In this document: in pieces, positions 61,801 through 64,000 of the stretch
Position numbering within the stretch: the stretch's first letter is position 1
How the letters are laid out: each line of letters opens with the position of its first letter
Assembly (NCBI GenBank): GCA_010405405.1
Contig: MU004238.1
Coordinates: 1,933,530 to 1,997,529, forward strand
Reading direction: 5' to 3'
DNA: 64,000 bases
Source: Microthyrium microscopicum
Taxonomy: Eukaryota
The notes under the pieces: generated by a model
Seen by the model: the letters and a program-made list of their open reading frames with translations, nothing else
Database searches by the model: none
Told to the model about the DNA's origin: nothing
Program-made: the position numbers and the translations under genes

Positions 61801-61999
61801 TGACCACCCAGTCCTTGGCAGATTCCGCGGCAAGAAGGAAGGCCGGCCAGCGTTGACGAGGCGAGACAGCACAGCGATACCGATTGACAACGGCTTTGCT
61901 GTGCTATCGCACTGCGTCGAGGTCATCGATGAGGGCGTGGCCAACCGGTTCTCAGATGGGATCCGCAACAAGCTTGAGAAGCTTGCAAGAGGTGGTTGA
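58887..61999 (+). CDS. CMR1: Melanin regulator Cmr1/Amr1/Pig1 type (2x C2H2 zinc finger + Zn2Cys6 + fungal TF domain); introns 58957-59013, 59069-59129, 60900-60954
   Basis: Spliced N-terminus MVFCTYCGQSFTRDEHLERHILTH-TNIKPFKCFTCHMSFARR-DLLQRHYTVH, then ACTNCAKTKTKCDKKFPCSRCASRNLKC, AAWSGDKWHM and VRPPWW. Confidence 0.95.
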
Positions 62000-64000
62000 A
62001 TGCTTCAACTTCTCGACACTTGATGACTTGTCAGTGTGTCGATGAAATGAATTGAAATAATGAATAATATATGATGGGAGAAGAGAAGGGACAAACACAC
62101 CCCATAAAAGGGGGGGAAAGGGCATGACATCCAATCATGCCAAGCAATCCACGGGCAACCCCGCTTACCTCCAACTCCTTTGAGAGATTCGCGGAGGCTA
62201 TTCCGAGCCCATTATCAGAAGATATACTTCAGTACGGGTTACGGTCCTTTTTACATGAGCCTTGATAGGCTAGTGCGTCCTTCCTACATTTTCGAGTCGG
62301 GGTCCTGGTCCAATGAACACCAGATAGATACATGAGCTTGCGTGGCCTTGGATGTTGGTAATCGATGCATCGATATGATGGAAGTAATAGTCGGTCCCAC
62401 ACTGACGTCTGATAATTTTTCGAATGTTTTCCAGGCAAGGGAAAGCCTTGTTCTAACGACTGAATGACCACGGAATCCGAAGAGTATGATGATAGGCCTG
62501 TAATGTAATTATCTAGTCCTAATGGCAGAACCTGGGGAAATCCGGGAAAGTTTGGCGTATCCAAAATGAATTCCGAATATTCTTGACTAAACAAAAACCA
62601 AATCAATGCAACTAACTGGATGTCCTGAAGCCTTTATGTGATGCCCACCATAAAGAACAAGGCTTGTTGATCGCTTCTATGTTCATTGTGCGCCATGTTG
62701 ACGGCTCAAAATGTCGGTCGCGGTGTTACAGCTCTGCCGACTATGCACTGACTACGCCGGCCCCAACTTTGTTTGCACTTCCATCGGCATACTTGAATAT
62801 GGAGGGGAGTGGACAATAAGGTATCCCTTGTCCCCACGAGGCATTGCAGTAGCCAGGGGAAGCGCTCTTGGCACATGGTTCGTGTTCATGGTCAAGGCGG
62901 AGTGAAGCTTTGGAGGCTTGTAACTATCACCGACTCACTGAATCATGAGTTGTTGGAAATGGAGAAAGTTAACTCATCCTGAGTCTAAAACAGATGCTTT
63001 CAAACCTGATATTCTTACTATCATACATTTTGGTACTATCATCAGTCAAGCGTTGCTGTAGAACGATGCTAAAACTTTGTGTATCCCGTACCTGCGGCCT
63101 TGAGTACATGATATTTCTGGAGTCGGGACGCGGACATTGACATGGGGAATACCACGAGGACCTACATAACTAGTCTAAGAAACTATGAAGCCACAATGTG
63201 ATGTTCAACGGCCATGGACGGTAATTTGGCTCTATGGCTGCAGACTAGACCTTCCATCGCGTTGTTGATCGTTTGATGAAGCAAGCCATGAACTGTTCCC
63301 AGATATTATTTTGGCTAGCAAGCCGGGAAACTTAGTGGCATGATGTAAGGTCGGTGAAATTTAAACACCGACTTTGCGACTTCAAAGCTCCAGTGCTGAA
63401 TACAAAAAGCCACTGCTCTGCTCTTGATGCCATACATAACTCTCGCAAACAACCGGTCTACCGAAATGGTTCCACAAGCAGCAATTCTCTGCTGGAGTCG
63501 TGCAACACATTCAAGCAGCTCGACTACTGGAAACTGGATAGAGGCCTGATGGATTCCAACCCCAAGATCGACACTGCAAGCATATCAGCATCCTATCGTA
63601 TTCAACATGTATCGATCAACTCCGGCATATTCAACGTCATGGAATGGAGCTAGCAATCAATCAATGCCAGGGAACACAGGAACTACTACAGAGCAAAGAT
63701 AGGAAAATACTGGATGCAAATCCTGGAGGTGGAATATGGAGAAAAGTCGCAGTGTTGCAAAGGTTTGATACAGAACATAACATGTACAAAACACCCGGTC
63801 CACTCGCCAAATGACCACATCCATCTTCGCTCGCAAGTTGAACTCGTCAAATTCCGTGGACATTGACCTTTTGAGAAGAGCCCTTCTTATTTCAAGATAA
63901 CCGGACAATAAACGCTTGCAACTACCACGGTCAATGCAGAGTGAGTTTGCAGGCGGACAAGTGAAGTTGAGTTGGAGTTGAGTCCGAAACCCCCAAGCCG

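Noticed and set aside
62229..64000. Short ORFs downstream of CMR1 as a candidate THN reductase
   Set aside because: No SDR motifs (TGxxxGIG, YxxSK) were found in the listed frames.

Overview
Gene-dense genomic DNA of a filamentous ascomycete, most likely a Dothideomycete (GT-AG introns with CTRAC branch points, RIP signature, PKS-CMR1-prefoldin synteny). The left ~33 kb carries conserved housekeeping genes: PPIL4-type cyclophilin-RRM, Spo7, a Cld1/ABHD5-like hydrolase, Isa1, Cue3, Rps20, a Jid1-like J protein and prefoldin subunit 3. Interspersed are lineage-specific genes: a secreted six-hairpin glycosidase-like protein, a head-to-head pair of divergent Ser/Thr kinases, two F-box-like proteins and several orphans. 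The right half is a DHN-melanin locus, with a non-reducing PKS (SAT-KS-AT-PT-ACP-ACP-TE, minus strand) and the Cmr1-type C2H2/Zn2Cys6 regulator (plus strand) diverging across a ~16 kb spacer with no recognisable intact gene. The spacer contains a full-length (2,890 bp) piggyBac-type DNA transposon that is invisible in the ORF track because RIP destroyed it. Its DDD motifs can be read by reversing RIP, its 13-bp terminal inverted repeats are intact, and it is flanked by AT rather than the canonical TTAA. All calls are from manual reading; no searches were run.
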